From contig JAGBXO010000002.1 of the NCBI GenBank assembly GCA_017629245.1, positions 86,475 through 150,474 of the forward strand: a stretch of DNA of 64,000 nt, read 5' to 3'. Both the position numbers and the translations under genes were made by a program. The notes under the pieces are model-generated. The model did no database searches. It worked only from the letters and a program-made list of their open reading frames with translations, and was not told the origin of the DNA. Positions 10,505 through 20,729 of the stretch are shown here, piece by piece. This stretch comes from Alphaproteobacteria bacterium (GTDB lineage Bacteria > Pseudomonadota > Alphaproteobacteria > Rs-D84). Each line of letters begins with the position of its first letter. Within the stretch, counting starts at the first letter, position 1.

Positions 10505-11650
10505 ATGGTAAAACAAACACGCGTTTCAAATGCAAACATGATGACAATGCCAGAAAAATTGGGGCGGTTTTCGTGGGGACTGTTTGTGCCAATGTGTATG
10601 GTACTGACAATTTCTATTGTGGTTTTATATTCAGCCGGCGGTGGTAATTGGCGCCCATTTGCATTATCACAACTGATGAAGATTATTTTGGCGTTTGGTG
10701 TATTCTTTTTTGCTGCTTTTACAAATATAAAAACATGGATTAAATCTGCATATCTGATTTATGCAATTGCGCTGATTATGATTGTGTTGGTTACATTTGT
10801 TGGACATACAGGTATGGGGGCGCAAAGATGGTTAAACCTGGGATTTATACATATTCAACCATCAGAACTGATTAAAATTGCACTGGTGCTGGCACTGGCG
10901 CGATATTTCGCATGGTTTAATTCGGTTGAATTGGGACAATTTAAAAACTATCTGGCACCAGGATTAATGCTGCTGATTCCGTTTGGATTAATTGTTGCGC
11001 AGCCTGATTTGGGAACAGCGTTATCGCTGGGGATGATTACAGTTGGGATATTCTATATTGTTGGTGCAAATAAAAAATGGTTTATTATCGCGGCAATACT
11101 GGGGTGTATGGCAGCGCCGGCAATTTGGTTCGGTGGACTGCACGATTATCAACGTGGGCGCATTATTACACTGTTTAATCCAAACAGCGACCTGCAAGGT
11201 GCAGGGTATCAAATTAACCAGGCAAAAATTGCGTTTGGCAGTGGGGGTATGACAGGTAAAGGATATATGAAAGGCTCGCAATCTCAGCAATCTTTTCTGC
11301 CAGAAAAACAGACGGATTTTATATTCACTATGCTGGGGGAAGAGTTTGGTTTCATTGGTGCATTCGGTCTGCTAGCAATCTATACTTGGATTGTAGTTTT
11401 ATTGTTCTGGGCAGCAAAAAAATGCCGAAACAGATTTGGACAATTAATATGTTTTGGTTTTATGTTGAACTTTTTTGTTTATTACTTTATAAATATTTCC
11501 ATGGTTTTGGGATTACTGCCAACGGTTGGTGTGCCGTTGCCGTTAATGTCGTTTGGTGGCAGCAGTTTGTTATCACTGATGTTTGGGTTTGGACTGTGCC
11601 AAAACGCATATATTCACAAAGACCAACAATTATCTGCAAAGGGGAGTTAA
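10505..11650 (+). CDS. rodA: rod shape-determining protein RodA (SEDS)
   Basis: GAQRW, QPSE..K, QPDLGT, LPEKQTDFIF, PLMSFGGSS. Confidence 0.95.
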   Translation: MVKQTRVSNANMMTMPEKLGRFSWGLFVPMCMVLTISIVVLYSAGGGNWRPFALSQLMKIILAFGVFFFAAFTNIKTWIKSAYLIYAIALIMIVLVTFVGHTGMGAQRWLNLGFIHIQPSELIKIALVLALARYFAWFNSVELGQFKNYLAPGLMLLIPFGLIVAQPDLGTALSLGMITVGIFYIVGANKKWFIIAAILGCMAAPAIWFGGLHDYQRGRIITLFNPNSDLQGAGYQINQAKIAFGSGGMTGKGYMKGSQSQQSFLPEKQTDFIFTMLGEEFGFIGAFGLLAIYTWIVVLLFWAAKKCRNRFGQLICFGFMLNFFVYYFINISMVLGLLPTVGVPLPLMSFGGSSLLSLMFGFGLCQNAYIHKDQQLSAKGS

Positions 11651-11654
11651 AGGT

Positions 11655-13892
11655 ATGAATTTATTAATTGTGGAATCACCGTCCAAAGCAAAAACAATTG
11701 AAAAATATTTAGGGCAGGGGTGGCGTGTTATCGCATCTGTTGGTCATGTGCGCGACTTGGTTCCAGAAAATGGCAGTGTAGATACAGAAAATAATTTCAA
11801 AATGAAATGGCAAATTATGCCAGGTAAAGAAAAACAAATAAAACTGATAACCGATGAATTAAAAAAAGCAGACGCCGTATATTTAGCAAGCGACCCTGAC
11901 CGCGAAGGAGAGGCCATTGCATGGCACCTGTTGGATATTTTAAAGGCAAAAAAATTATTAAAAGATAAAAAAGTTTATCGTGTCGCTTTCCATGAAATTA
12001 CAAAAAAAGCAGTTCAGACCGCAATACAAGCCCCGCGCGAAATTGATAAAAACTTGGTGGATGCATATCTGGTGCGACGCGCGTTGGATTACCTGATTGG
12101 TTTTAGTATTTCACCATTACTGTGGCGCAGAAATTTGGGAAAATCGGCCGGGCGCGTGCAGTCTGTGGCGGTAAAACTGGTGGTTGACCGCGAAAAAGAA
12201 ATTGAAAACTTTAAGCCGGTTGAATATTGGTCACTGGAATCTGTATGCAATGTTCAAAGTGCAGAATTCAAAGCAAATCTAACTAAATTTAATGGGCAGA
12301 AAATTGAAAAAATGACCATTGAAAACAAATCAATGGTTGATGATATTTTATCACAAATTGGCAATCCTGAAATCGGGGCCAATGTTATAAATATTGAACG
12401 CAAGAAAAATCAACGAAAACCTGCAGCCCCCTTTACAACTTCAACCCTGCAACAGGAAGCAGCACGAAAATTATACTTTGCATCTAAACGCACGATGAGT
12501 GCCGCACAACACCTGTACGAACAGGGTTTAATTACATATATGCGTACGGACGCAACAAACCTGAACGCGGATGCAGTTAATGAAATTCGTGGTTTTATCG
12601 CGCGCGAATATGGTGAAAACTTTGTTCCAAAAACACCAAATATTTATGCAACAAAATCTAAAAACGCCCAGGAAGCACACGAAGCAATTCGACCAACACA
12701 CTTTGATGCGCCGGCAAAAAATCTATCGGGGGACGAAGCCAAATTGTATGACCTGATATGGAAGCGTACAATTGCATGTCAGATGACAAACGCAGAATTT
12801 GATTCCGTTGCCGCAGACATTGAAACAGATAACAAAGTTGCGATTTTCCACGCGGTTGGTTCAACACGAACTTTTGACGGATTTATGAAGGTTTATACCG
12901 AGGATAAGGATGATGAAGAAGATAAGAAAGAATCAAAGTTGCCACCGCTGAATATTGGTGATGTGATTAAAATTTCAGAACTGATTCCAGAACAACACTT
13001 TACCCAGGCACCACCCAGATATACCGAAGCGTCACTGGTTAAAAAGTTAGAAGAACTGGGAATTGGACGACCATCTACATATGCGACAATTATGTCAACA
13101 ATTGTTGATCGCGCATATGTTGAACAGGATAAACAACGACGTTTCCACCCAACAAATGGTGGATGGGTTATTGCATCATACTTGAATAAATATTTTACAG
13201 ATTTAGTTGATGTTAACTTTACCGCAAAAACAGAAGATACTTTGGACGATGTTTCAAATGGTAAACAAGATAAGATAAGCGCATTAGAAAACTTCTGGGG
13301 GCCAACAAATAATATGATTGATGGGGCGCGCGGAATTAAAACATCTGAAATAATTGATGAAATTAATGAATTTATGAATAAACACTTGTTCCCAGATGGT
13401 AATGATACATGCCCAGAATGTGGTGCAAAGTTAGGTATAAAACTTTCTAAATTTGGGCCATTTATCGGATGTGAAAAATACCCGACATGCAAATATACGA
13501 AACAGTTAGGGAAAATTGATGTCGCGGCGCAGGCGACAGAATCCGCCGTACAGACAAAATCTGATGCGGTTGAATTGGGTGATGGTATTGAATTTCGCGT
13601 TGGAAAATTCGGCCCTTATGTGACAGACGGTGCAAAGAATGTTGCAGCAAAACAATATACCAGTGACACAATAACACTGGAAATCGCACGCGATTTGTTG
13701 GCAAACGCAAACAAAAAGGCCGAACCAATTAAAATAGGTGAAAACCCAGAAACAAAAAAAATGATTTTCTTTTATCCAACGGGACGATATGGTGCATATA
13801 TTTCATCAAATCGCGTGAATGTTTCTGTCCGCGAACAGCCGGATTTAGATACTGCAATAAAACTGATTAATGACAAGGCAAAGAAGAAGTAA
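11655..13892 (+). CDS. topA: DNA topoisomerase I
   Basis: IVESPSKAK, DPDREGEAI, SAGRVQS, ITYMRTD, one Zn ribbon. Confidence 0.97.
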   Translation: MNLLIVESPSKAKTIEKYLGQGWRVIASVGHVRDLVPENGSVDTENNFKMKWQIMPGKEKQIKLITDELKKADAVYLASDPDREGEAIAWHLLDILKAKKLLKDKKVYRVAFHEITKKAVQTAIQAPREIDKNLVDAYLVRRALDYLIGFSISPLLWRRNLGKSAGRVQSVAVKLVVDREKEIENFKPVEYWSLESVCNVQSAEFKANLTKFNGQKIEKMTIENKSMVDDILSQIGNPEIGANVINIERKKNQRKPAAPFTTSTLQQEAARKLYFASKRTMSAAQHLYEQGLITYMRTDATNLNADAVNEIRGFIAREYGENFVPKTPNIYATKSKNAQEAHEAIRPTHFDAPAKNLSGDEAKLYDLIWKRTIACQMTNAEFDSVAADIETDNKVAIFHAVGSTRTFDGFMKVYTEDKDDEEDKKESKLPPLNIGDVIKISELIPEQHFTQAPPRYTEASLVKKLEELGIGRPSTYATIMSTIVDRAYVEQDKQRRFHPTNGGWVIASYLNKYFTDLVDVNFTAKTEDTLDDVSNGKQDKISALENFWGPTNNMIDGARGIKTSEIIDEINEFMNKHLFPDGNDTCPECGAKLGIKLSKFGPFIGCEKYPTCKYTKQLGKIDVAAQATESAVQTKSDAVELGDGIEFRVGKFGPYVTDGAKNVAAKQYTSDTITLEIARDLLANANKKAEPIKIGENPETKKMIFFYPTGRYGAYISSNRVNVSVREQPDLDTAIKLINDKAKKK

Positions 13893-15502
13893 TGGCAGGA
13901 TTGGATCGCAACTTTACTGATGAACTGCGAGCACGGTTATCAATACTGGACGTGGTTGGTCGTGCGATTCCATTGACTAAGAAGGGGGCAAATTATTGGG
14001 GTTGCTGTCCTTTTCATAATGAAAAAACACCCAGTTTTTGTGTCAATGAAGAAAAGGGTATTTTTAAGTGCTTTGGTTGCGGCGAAGGTGGAGATATCGT
14101 TTCTTTTACTATGAAACATAAAAATATGGACTTTCGCGCAGCAATCCAAGAATTGGCAGATATGGCTGGAATAAAAATGCCAGACTATAAACCACGTGAC
14201 CCGCGTATGGTTCAACGCGAAGAACAATTGTTGGATATATGCGAAAAGGCATGTCAGACATATATGGAAAAATTATTTACCCCTGATGGGGCGCATGCCC
14301 TTGCATACGCACGAAACCGGGGGTTTTCTGATGAAGATATAAAAAAATATCGCCTGGGGTACGCACCCAAAAATAATATTATCGCGAATAAATATGCTGA
14401 ATCAAAATGTCTGATTGATGCAGGACTGTGTCGGCGTGGCGATTATGGTATGTATGACTTTTTCCGCGATAAATTGATGTTCCCTATCTTTAATGCAAAT
14501 GGAAAGGTTGTCGCTTTTTCAGGGCGTTCGTTAGATGGTTCAGACCCAAAATATATCAATACAGTCGATACTGATATTTTCCATAAACGCAGAACTATTT
14601 TTGGATTTAACTTTGCACGCGAAGGTATTCACCGCTCCAACCGTAGTATTATTGTAGAAGGGCAGATAGATGCAATAAAAATGCAAATTGCTGGTTTTGC
14701 TGAAACTGTTGCACCATTAGGTACTGCATTGACCGAAGATCATATATCACTGTTGTGCAAATCAAATCGTAATATTGTTTTTTGCTTTGACGGGGACACC
14801 GCTGGCAGCAAGGCCGCTGCACGCGCATGTGGTATTATGCTACCGTATCTGCGTGATACATCAGATGTTAAATTTGCATTTGTGACCGGTGGCAAAGACC
14901 CAGATGAAATATTAAAAACAGGTGGCGTGGATGCCATGCGCAAAATTATAGATGATGCGGTGCCGTTGGTTGATTATATGTGGGAAATGGTAAATAACCA
15001 ATTCTTGGTCAAGACACCGGGGGGACGCGCACAGGCGGAAAAATTCTTGAAAAAAGAATTAGAAAAAATTGCAGACCCTGATTTAAAATCTGAATTTGAA
15101 AAAGAATATAATTCACGCAAGTTTAATACATGGCATAAATGGAAAAAGACAGATGTGTCTGCAAATATTAAATTACCAGACATTGATGCGATTACAAAAA
15201 ATACACTGATTTATATTGTAAATAATTTCCCAGAACTGGCTGAACGGTATTTAGATTTTCTGAGGTCATTAGGTGTAGATTTTGATGGTGCAGCCGCTGA
15301 TTTAAACATGGATATGGCAGGGGCAGAAAAATATATTGTGTCGTTAAAATTGCAAAGGTATTTAGAAAAACTTAATATGCAAAAACGCGAATATACAAAC
15401 AAACTGCTGGCCGGGGACGATGGCGCACGCACCGACATCGCGCGCATAGAAGAAGAAATAAAAAAATACACCGAAAAGTTAGAGATTTTAATTTCAATAT
15501 AA
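13892..15502 (+). CDS. dnaG: DNA primase
   Basis: CPFHNEKTPSF..CFGC Zn finger, PKYIN, VEG..D, FDGD.AG, KDPDE. Confidence 0.97.
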   Translation: MAGLDRNFTDELRARLSILDVVGRAIPLTKKGANYWGCCPFHNEKTPSFCVNEEKGIFKCFGCGEGGDIVSFTMKHKNMDFRAAIQELADMAGIKMPDYKPRDPRMVQREEQLLDICEKACQTYMEKLFTPDGAHALAYARNRGFSDEDIKKYRLGYAPKNNIIANKYAESKCLIDAGLCRRGDYGMYDFFRDKLMFPIFNANGKVVAFSGRSLDGSDPKYINTVDTDIFHKRRTIFGFNFAREGIHRSNRSIIVEGQIDAIKMQIAGFAETVAPLGTALTEDHISLLCKSNRNIVFCFDGDTAGSKAAARACGIMLPYLRDTSDVKFAFVTGGKDPDEILKTGGVDAMRKIIDDAVPLVDYMWEMVNNQFLVKTPGGRAQAEKFLKKELEKIADPDLKSEFEKEYNSRKFNTWHKWKKTDVSANIKLPDIDAITKNTLIYIVNNFPELAERYLDFLRSLGVDFDGAAADLNMDMAGAEKYIVSLKLQRYLEKLNMQKREYTNKLLAGDDGARTDIARIEEEIKKYTEKLEILISI

Positions 15503-15504
15503 AA

Positions 15505-15550
15505 CACCGGCCTTTTTGAATGTTTTTATCAAAAAAGCCGGCTTTTTTTA
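15505..15550. terminator. bidirectional terminator between dnaG and ychF
   Basis: CCGGC...GCCGG stem plus AAAAAAGCCGGCTTTTTT palindrome between convergent genes. Confidence 0.6.
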
Positions 15551-15565
15551 ACAATTTTATTTAAA

Positions 15566-16645
15566 TTAATTATTAAACAGGAAGTGGCAGATGTCGCCAG
15601 GTTGCATGATATAATCACGACCAACCAGACGCATTTTGCCGGCCTCTTTAACCGCAACTTCCCCACCCAGTGCAATAAAGTCAGATGGTGAAATTACTTC
15701 GGCACGGATGAAGCCTTTTTCAAAATCTGTATGAATTTTACCTGCCGCCTGGGGCGCAGTCATTCCGACAGTAATTGTCCAGGCATGCGCTTCCTTGGGG
15801 CCGATTGTGTAATATGTTTGCAGGCCAAGTGTTTTGTATCCGGTCTTGATAACCTGGTCCAGACCAGATTCTGATAAACCTAAATCATCCAGGAACATTT
15901 TGCGTTCATCTGGGTCAACGATTTGTGAAATCTCCATCTCTATCTTAGATGATATTACCAATACATCATTTGTTGCGCCGAACTTTTCACGGACCATATC
16001 TGAATATTTATTACCGGTGGCGGCGGACGCTTCGTCAACATTGCAGACATATATTACAGGTTTTGTTGTCAGCAAATTAAATGGGGCAGAGTCAACATCG
16101 CCCAGGCGCGCAGGAATTGATTTTTCCAGATTAGACTTTATCGTATTTGCATCGGCCAACAATTTAATCGCATCTTTATCCAGACCACGTGCTTTCTTTT
16201 CCAGGTTTTTAATTTGTTTATCTATGCTTTCCAGATCAGCTAACATTAATTCTGTTTCGATTGTTTCAATATCGCCCAGTGGATCAATTTTACCATGAAC
16301 ATGCACAATGTCATCGTTTTCAAAACATCTGACAACATGAATAATTGCATCGGTTGATAAAATATTGCCCAGGAATTTATTTCCCAAACCTTCACCGGTG
16401 GATGCCCCCTTTACCAAACCCGCAATGTCAACAATTTCCAGTTGGGTCGGCAGTATTTTTTGTGAACCCGCAACACGCGCCAATTCATGCAATGTGTTAT
16501 CAGGTACAACAACGCGTCCAGTATTTGGTTCAATAGTACAGAACGGATAGTTCTGTGCATCGGCCGCGGCACTTTGTGTCAAAGCATTAAACAATGTAGA
16601 TTTACCAACATTTGGCAGTCCAACAATTCCACAATTGAATCCCAT
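15566..16645 (-). CDS. ychF: redox-regulated ATPase YchF
   Basis: GIVGLPNVGKSTLFNALT, NYPFCTIEPN, DIAGLVKGAS.GEGLGNKFL, TGS domain. Confidence 0.97.
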   Translation of the reverse strand: MGFNCGIVGLPNVGKSTLFNALTQSAAADAQNYPFCTIEPNTGRVVVPDNTLHELARVAGSQKILPTQLEIVDIAGLVKGASTGEGLGNKFLGNILSTDAIIHVVRCFENDDIVHVHGKIDPLGDIETIETELMLADLESIDKQIKNLEKKARGLDKDAIKLLADANTIKSNLEKSIPARLGDVDSAPFNLLTTKPVIYVCNVDEASAATGNKYSDMVREKFGATNDVLVISSKIEMEISQIVDPDERKMFLDDLGLSESGLDQVIKTGYKTLGLQTYYTIGPKEAHAWTITVGMTAPQAAGKIHTDFEKGFIRAEVISPSDFIALGGEVAVKEAGKMRLVGRDYIMQPGDICHFLFNN

Positions 16646-16672
16646 TTTAAAATCCTTTATAATGGCAATAAT

Positions 16673-17353
16673 ATGTCATACATGTGGAATGAATTCAACA
16701 TAAAAACTTTTGTGGCGGAAACAATTGTTTTCCGCGATGGTGTGTATTGCGATGAATTATCAACATTACCAAATGCACCAATTAATAAAAATTATGATTT
16801 ACCCGTTCATGTTATTTATGTTGGTGAAATTGCAGGCGAAAATAATTTGGAAATCTTGGTCGGTGCAGATAATCAAAAAGTTTGTGTTAGTGTAAATATA
16901 AAAATAAAAAAGCCGGCTTTTTTTAACATTTTTATTAAAAACGCCGGGAAAAATTCTGAAGTTTTATCACATGTTATGCTGGAAAATGATTCAGAACTGA
17001 CATATAAATGTGATGCAGAACATTTATGCGAAAATACGGCCGTTTTGATAAAAAATAAGATTTTGGCCGGGAAAAATTCAAATTCTAAATTAATGGGCAC
17101 AGCAAAAATAAATAAAGATTGTGTGGAATGCCGGTCAGATATTGCATTTTCTGCAATGACCGAAGCAGGTGCAAAAATAGACTTTATGCCAGCGCAAATG
17201 ATTGCAGCAGAACCAATATCAGCCGACCACAGCGCGGGAATTTACACACCAAAAGAAAATCAAATTGTTTATCTGCGCGGGGCAGGGCTGTCCGGGGCAG
17301 AGGTGGATATTGCCATGCGCGAAGCTTTTATGGCAGATTTCGATTTATTTTAA
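16673..17353 (+). CDS. short SufD/SufB-like beta-helix protein
   Basis: C-terminal ADHSA...QIVYLRGAGLS.AE...AFM resembles the SufBD C-terminus; only 226 aa. Confidence 0.65.
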   Translation: MSYMWNEFNIKTFVAETIVFRDGVYCDELSTLPNAPINKNYDLPVHVIYVGEIAGENNLEILVGADNQKVCVSVNIKIKKPAFFNIFIKNAGKNSEVLSHVMLENDSELTYKCDAEHLCENTAVLIKNKILAGKNSNSKLMGTAKINKDCVECRSDIAFSAMTEAGAKIDFMPAQMIAAEPISADHSAGIYTPKENQIVYLRGAGLSGAEVDIAMREAFMADFDLF

Positions 17354-17382
17354 TAAAAACACCGGCAAATGCCGGCTTTTTT

Positions 17383-17994
17383 TTAATTATAACAAGAATA
17401 TAATTCTGAATTATTTTCGTTTTGATCAATTTGCTTGTTCCGGATTTCTTGGGCAGCGTTAACCTTTTGCGCAACCAATAATAAATCAGGGTGCGCACGA
17501 AATTCTTGGTTTATTTCTGTAAATGCCGTATCAATATCTGATTCTTTTTCTATAAATATCGGCATGACAGAATCTGCCGCCGCAGATAAAGATTGTTTTA
17601 TTTCAGATTTAAAATCTTCTATTATGTTCAGATATGTATCAATATGCTTTTGTTCATGATTTAATACGGCGTTATATGTACATGAATTTTCTTGGTGTTC
17701 ACGGTCAATTTCAACATCAAATTTATCAAAACCAAATACAGCATCTATTTTTTTTAGCACAACACAAAATCCATCACCACTTGAATACATGTCCAGAATA
17801 ATTTGGTAATTATTTATAAGATTTGCTGAAACATGACCATGCAACTGTTCTAATGGCTGTTTTGATACAACAATATTTGTTTCATATTCTGGCAATGCCA
17901 TATCAACAATCGGAGTTATTTTATAAGATAAACAATCATTCGCAAAACACGGAACGCAGAACAGGGCAGAAAAAATAAATAATATTTTTTTCAT
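17383..17994 (-). CDS. secreted protein with HExxH motif (DUF922-like putative Zn peptidase)
   Basis: Signal peptide MKKILF...CFA; VLNHEQKHI. Confidence 0.55.
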   Translation of the reverse strand: MKKILFIFSALFCVPCFANDCLSYKITPIVDMALPEYETNIVVSKQPLEQLHGHVSANLINNYQIILDMYSSGDGFCVVLKKIDAVFGFDKFDVEIDREHQENSCTYNAVLNHEQKHIDTYLNIIEDFKSEIKQSLSAAADSVMPIFIEKESDIDTAFTEINQEFRAHPDLLLVAQKVNAAQEIRNKQIDQNENNSELYSCYN

Positions 17995-18000
17995 ATTTGT

Positions 18001-20430
18001 TTATTCCACTGCCCCTTGGCGTTTTAAGTATTCACCAACAAAATTATTTCCATACATCTTATATAATTCTTCTGCCAATAATACAGATGAACGACCAGAT
18101 TCAAACAGACGCAACAAATTGCCCAAACCACCCAGTTCCGTATTTAAAATTACAGATTCACCATTTACCGGACGTGACAGTAATACCGCGCGCTTTAAAT
18201 TGGGATATGCCTTGCCCTGGATAAATGCCATTTCCAATGGATTTAAATTCCAATGTGCATAGTCGTTAGCGTCAGCTGCAGGATTGCGGAAGAACATAAC
18301 TGTTTGCGCCTGACCACGAACAACATCACCAATCCCCAGTTTATCCAGCACATTAGCACGCTGGAACGCGACCATGTATGCCTGGCGGTTTTTACGCCCT
18401 TCTTGCAGACCGGCAATAAAGTTGTCACGGAACATCTTGTTTTCCAGCATAGGTGCTGTTTCGTCAATCATAATCAAGGATGGATTACCACCAGATACAG
18501 TTGTATTATTAATACGATGTAGTATATAAGATATAACCGCAGGGGATAATACTTCGTCTTGCAAAATATCGGTAAAATCAAATGTTGTTAAACGCGATTC
18601 TAAATCAAGGGTATCTGACATTTCATTAAACATGTCGCCATACTGCAGTGGATCAACCCACTTTTTCAATGCAGGACGCATATTTCCAGTTGAAGAAAAA
18701 CAACTTTCCCACAGATTCTTTAATAAACGATCTTTGTCCGATAAATAATCAAAGTTCACAGATACAGCGCGCGCAATTTCATCAGCAGAATTTGCGTCAC
18801 CCTGACCAGATATAATCGCAAACCAACGGCGCAAAAATGCGCGATTTGCCGCTGTATCAGGCATTTTTAGCGGATTTAGGCGCGCCAGAAAACTTTGTGC
18901 CATTGGATCAGATTTTTTTTCTTTGCCCTGCATGGTGATGTACTTTCCACCGATGGCCATAGTAAAGATTTCTGCACCACGATTACGGTCAAAAAAGAAA
19001 GCCTTTAATTTTGGGTGACGCAATGATTGCGCAATCAAAAATGAAAATAATGTTGTCTTACCACCACCAGTTGGTCCAATTGTCATTGTATGACCCACAG
19101 CAACTGGTTTATCAGAAACATGGAATTGGAACTGATACGGTGTTCCCTGGGCGGTTGGAAATACAACCAGGGGGCCAGGACCCCAATCTGAATTTGGAAC
19201 GCCACGCGGCTGGGTTGACATAGGAATAGATATTGCCGCGGTGCGCGATAATAACTTAAAACTGCGTGGAAAAATATCAAATCCTGGAATTTGCGCAAAC
19301 CAGGAAACCTTGGATGCAAATGTTTCAACAATTGGAGAAATTCCAAAGGATGCAGAAATCTTTTTGAATTCATCAATATGTTTTTGTAGTTCTTCGCGGG
19401 TTGAACCAAATATTATGAACAAAGGATAATAATTAACCAAACTTTGTGTACCAGATAGGTTTTCATCCATTGCGGATTTTATTTCAGATATCTGTTGTTC
19501 GGTTGAATCTTGGTTGTCTTCATCGGCAGTGGAACGGCGTTGGCGGATTGTTTTTTCAACGTCTGCATTGCCCATAATACCAAACCCATTCATACAAATC
19601 ATTTCAGTTTGAATTGTGTGGACGGTGTCAAAAAATTCTTCGTCCATGTAGTCTGGTGAAATCTTGAAAGAAAGACATGCTGAAAATGTTTGGTTGCCGC
19701 CACTGATATAGCGGACAATACCGTCTTTTAAAAATTCAACATCATCAACAGTTACCAGATTTGCAATATTATTGTCGGCTGTTTTAGGTGAAGGTTTAGA
19801 TATCGGGGATAAAATCCGCCCGAAAAAGCGCGCCATATTGTCGGATGTATTGTTTTTTAATACAGTTGGTTTATATGCAGCAAAAATTGATTCAATATAA
19901 TTACTATACTGATTTAATTTTGCACGCGCATCAGGGCCGGATACAGATAATACAATATAATAACTGTTTAGAAATATCTTTAAACCCTGGCCCTGCCATT
20001 TGTTATATATTTTTTGCAAGACGGGTTGATTAAATTCATATTTCAGGTTTTCATCAGCCGCATCACGGATTGTATAAAAACGCAAAACTGTACTGCGGTC
20101 GCGAATCTGATTGAATAATTGGGCGCGCAAATCCAAGAATTTTTTGCGGGTTTCATCGTCTTGCATACTGGTTTGAATACCGGCAACACGATAAACGCGT
20201 ATTAATGACCCGTCTGTCAAAGACATGGTGTTATCGTTATACACCGTTTGAAATGGTAAATAATTTGCATACTTAGCATAACCAAAACGTGGAAATATTT
20301 TGCGAGTTAAGGTTGGTATATATATCAACATTACAATGAATAACAGCAATACTGCCATCGCCATAATAACCATTGTTAATGGAAAACCACTGCCTGCAAA
20401 ATAGTTAAAAATTTCTGAAAAATTTATCAT
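18001..20430 (-). CDS. virB4: VirB4 family type IV secretion ATPase
   Basis: SWFAQIPG, PxGTPY.F.FH, GHTMTIGPTGGGKT (Walker A), FDRNRG, LNPL, IMIDE (Walker B), GRKNR. Confidence 0.9.
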   Translation of the reverse strand: MINFSEIFNYFAGSGFPLTMVIMAMAVLLLFIVMLIYIPTLTRKIFPRFGYAKYANYLPFQTVYNDNTMSLTDGSLIRVYRVAGIQTSMQDDETRKKFLDLRAQLFNQIRDRSTVLRFYTIRDAADENLKYEFNQPVLQKIYNKWQGQGLKIFLNSYYIVLSVSGPDARAKLNQYSNYIESIFAAYKPTVLKNNTSDNMARFFGRILSPISKPSPKTADNNIANLVTVDDVEFLKDGIVRYISGGNQTFSACLSFKISPDYMDEEFFDTVHTIQTEMICMNGFGIMGNADVEKTIRQRRSTADEDNQDSTEQQISEIKSAMDENLSGTQSLVNYYPLFIIFGSTREELQKHIDEFKKISASFGISPIVETFASKVSWFAQIPGFDIFPRSFKLLSRTAAISIPMSTQPRGVPNSDWGPGPLVVFPTAQGTPYQFQFHVSDKPVAVGHTMTIGPTGGGKTTLFSFLIAQSLRHPKLKAFFFDRNRGAEIFTMAIGGKYITMQGKEKKSDPMAQSFLARLNPLKMPDTAANRAFLRRWFAIISGQGDANSADEIARAVSVNFDYLSDKDRLLKNLWESCFSSTGNMRPALKKWVDPLQYGDMFNEMSDTLDLESRLTTFDFTDILQDEVLSPAVISYILHRINNTTVSGGNPSLIMIDETAPMLENKMFRDNFIAGLQEGRKNRQAYMVAFQRANVLDKLGIGDVVRGQAQTVMFFRNPAADANDYAHWNLNPLEMAFIQGKAYPNLKRAVLLSRPVNGESVILNTELGGLGNLLRLFESGRSSVLLAEELYKMYGNNFVGEYLKRQGAVE

Positions 20431-20717
20431 GCCGCTAACTTCCCTGGGATTTTCTTTTTAAATAACTGCATTTTTGCGGTCACAATCTGGCCCAATTGCG
20501 GGTCTCGCTTGGAAAAAATTGCAATAATTGAATGTACCGCAATAACTGATAACAGGAAAAATAATGGATTAAATGGCTGGCCTGTTGCAACAAGACTTAC
20601 CACAAACAGCACCATAAAAATAATAAACTGCACGGCAAAATTTAATATTGCCAAAGAGTAAGGCACATAAAATATGTGCGCCGGATTTGCCAATGCCTTT
20701 AAAACCTGAATTCTCAT
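20427..20717 (-). CDS. virB3: VirB3 family protein
   Basis: KALANPAHIFYVP, 2 TM, KRDP; overlaps the virB4 start (ATGA). Confidence 0.8.
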   Translation of the reverse strand: MRIQVLKALANPAHIFYVPYSLAILNFAVQFIIFMVLFVVSLVATGQPFNPLFFLLSVIAVHSIIAIFSKRDPQLGQIVTAKMQLFKKKIPGKLAA

Positions 20718-20729
20718 TATCCCCCGTCC

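Noticed and set aside
16487-16672. N-terminal extensions in the ORF track (also topA, gyrB, aspS, ftsQ, lptF, rpmI)
   Set aside because: They overlap neighbouring genes or leaders; downstream ATGs fit SD/promoter positions and family starts
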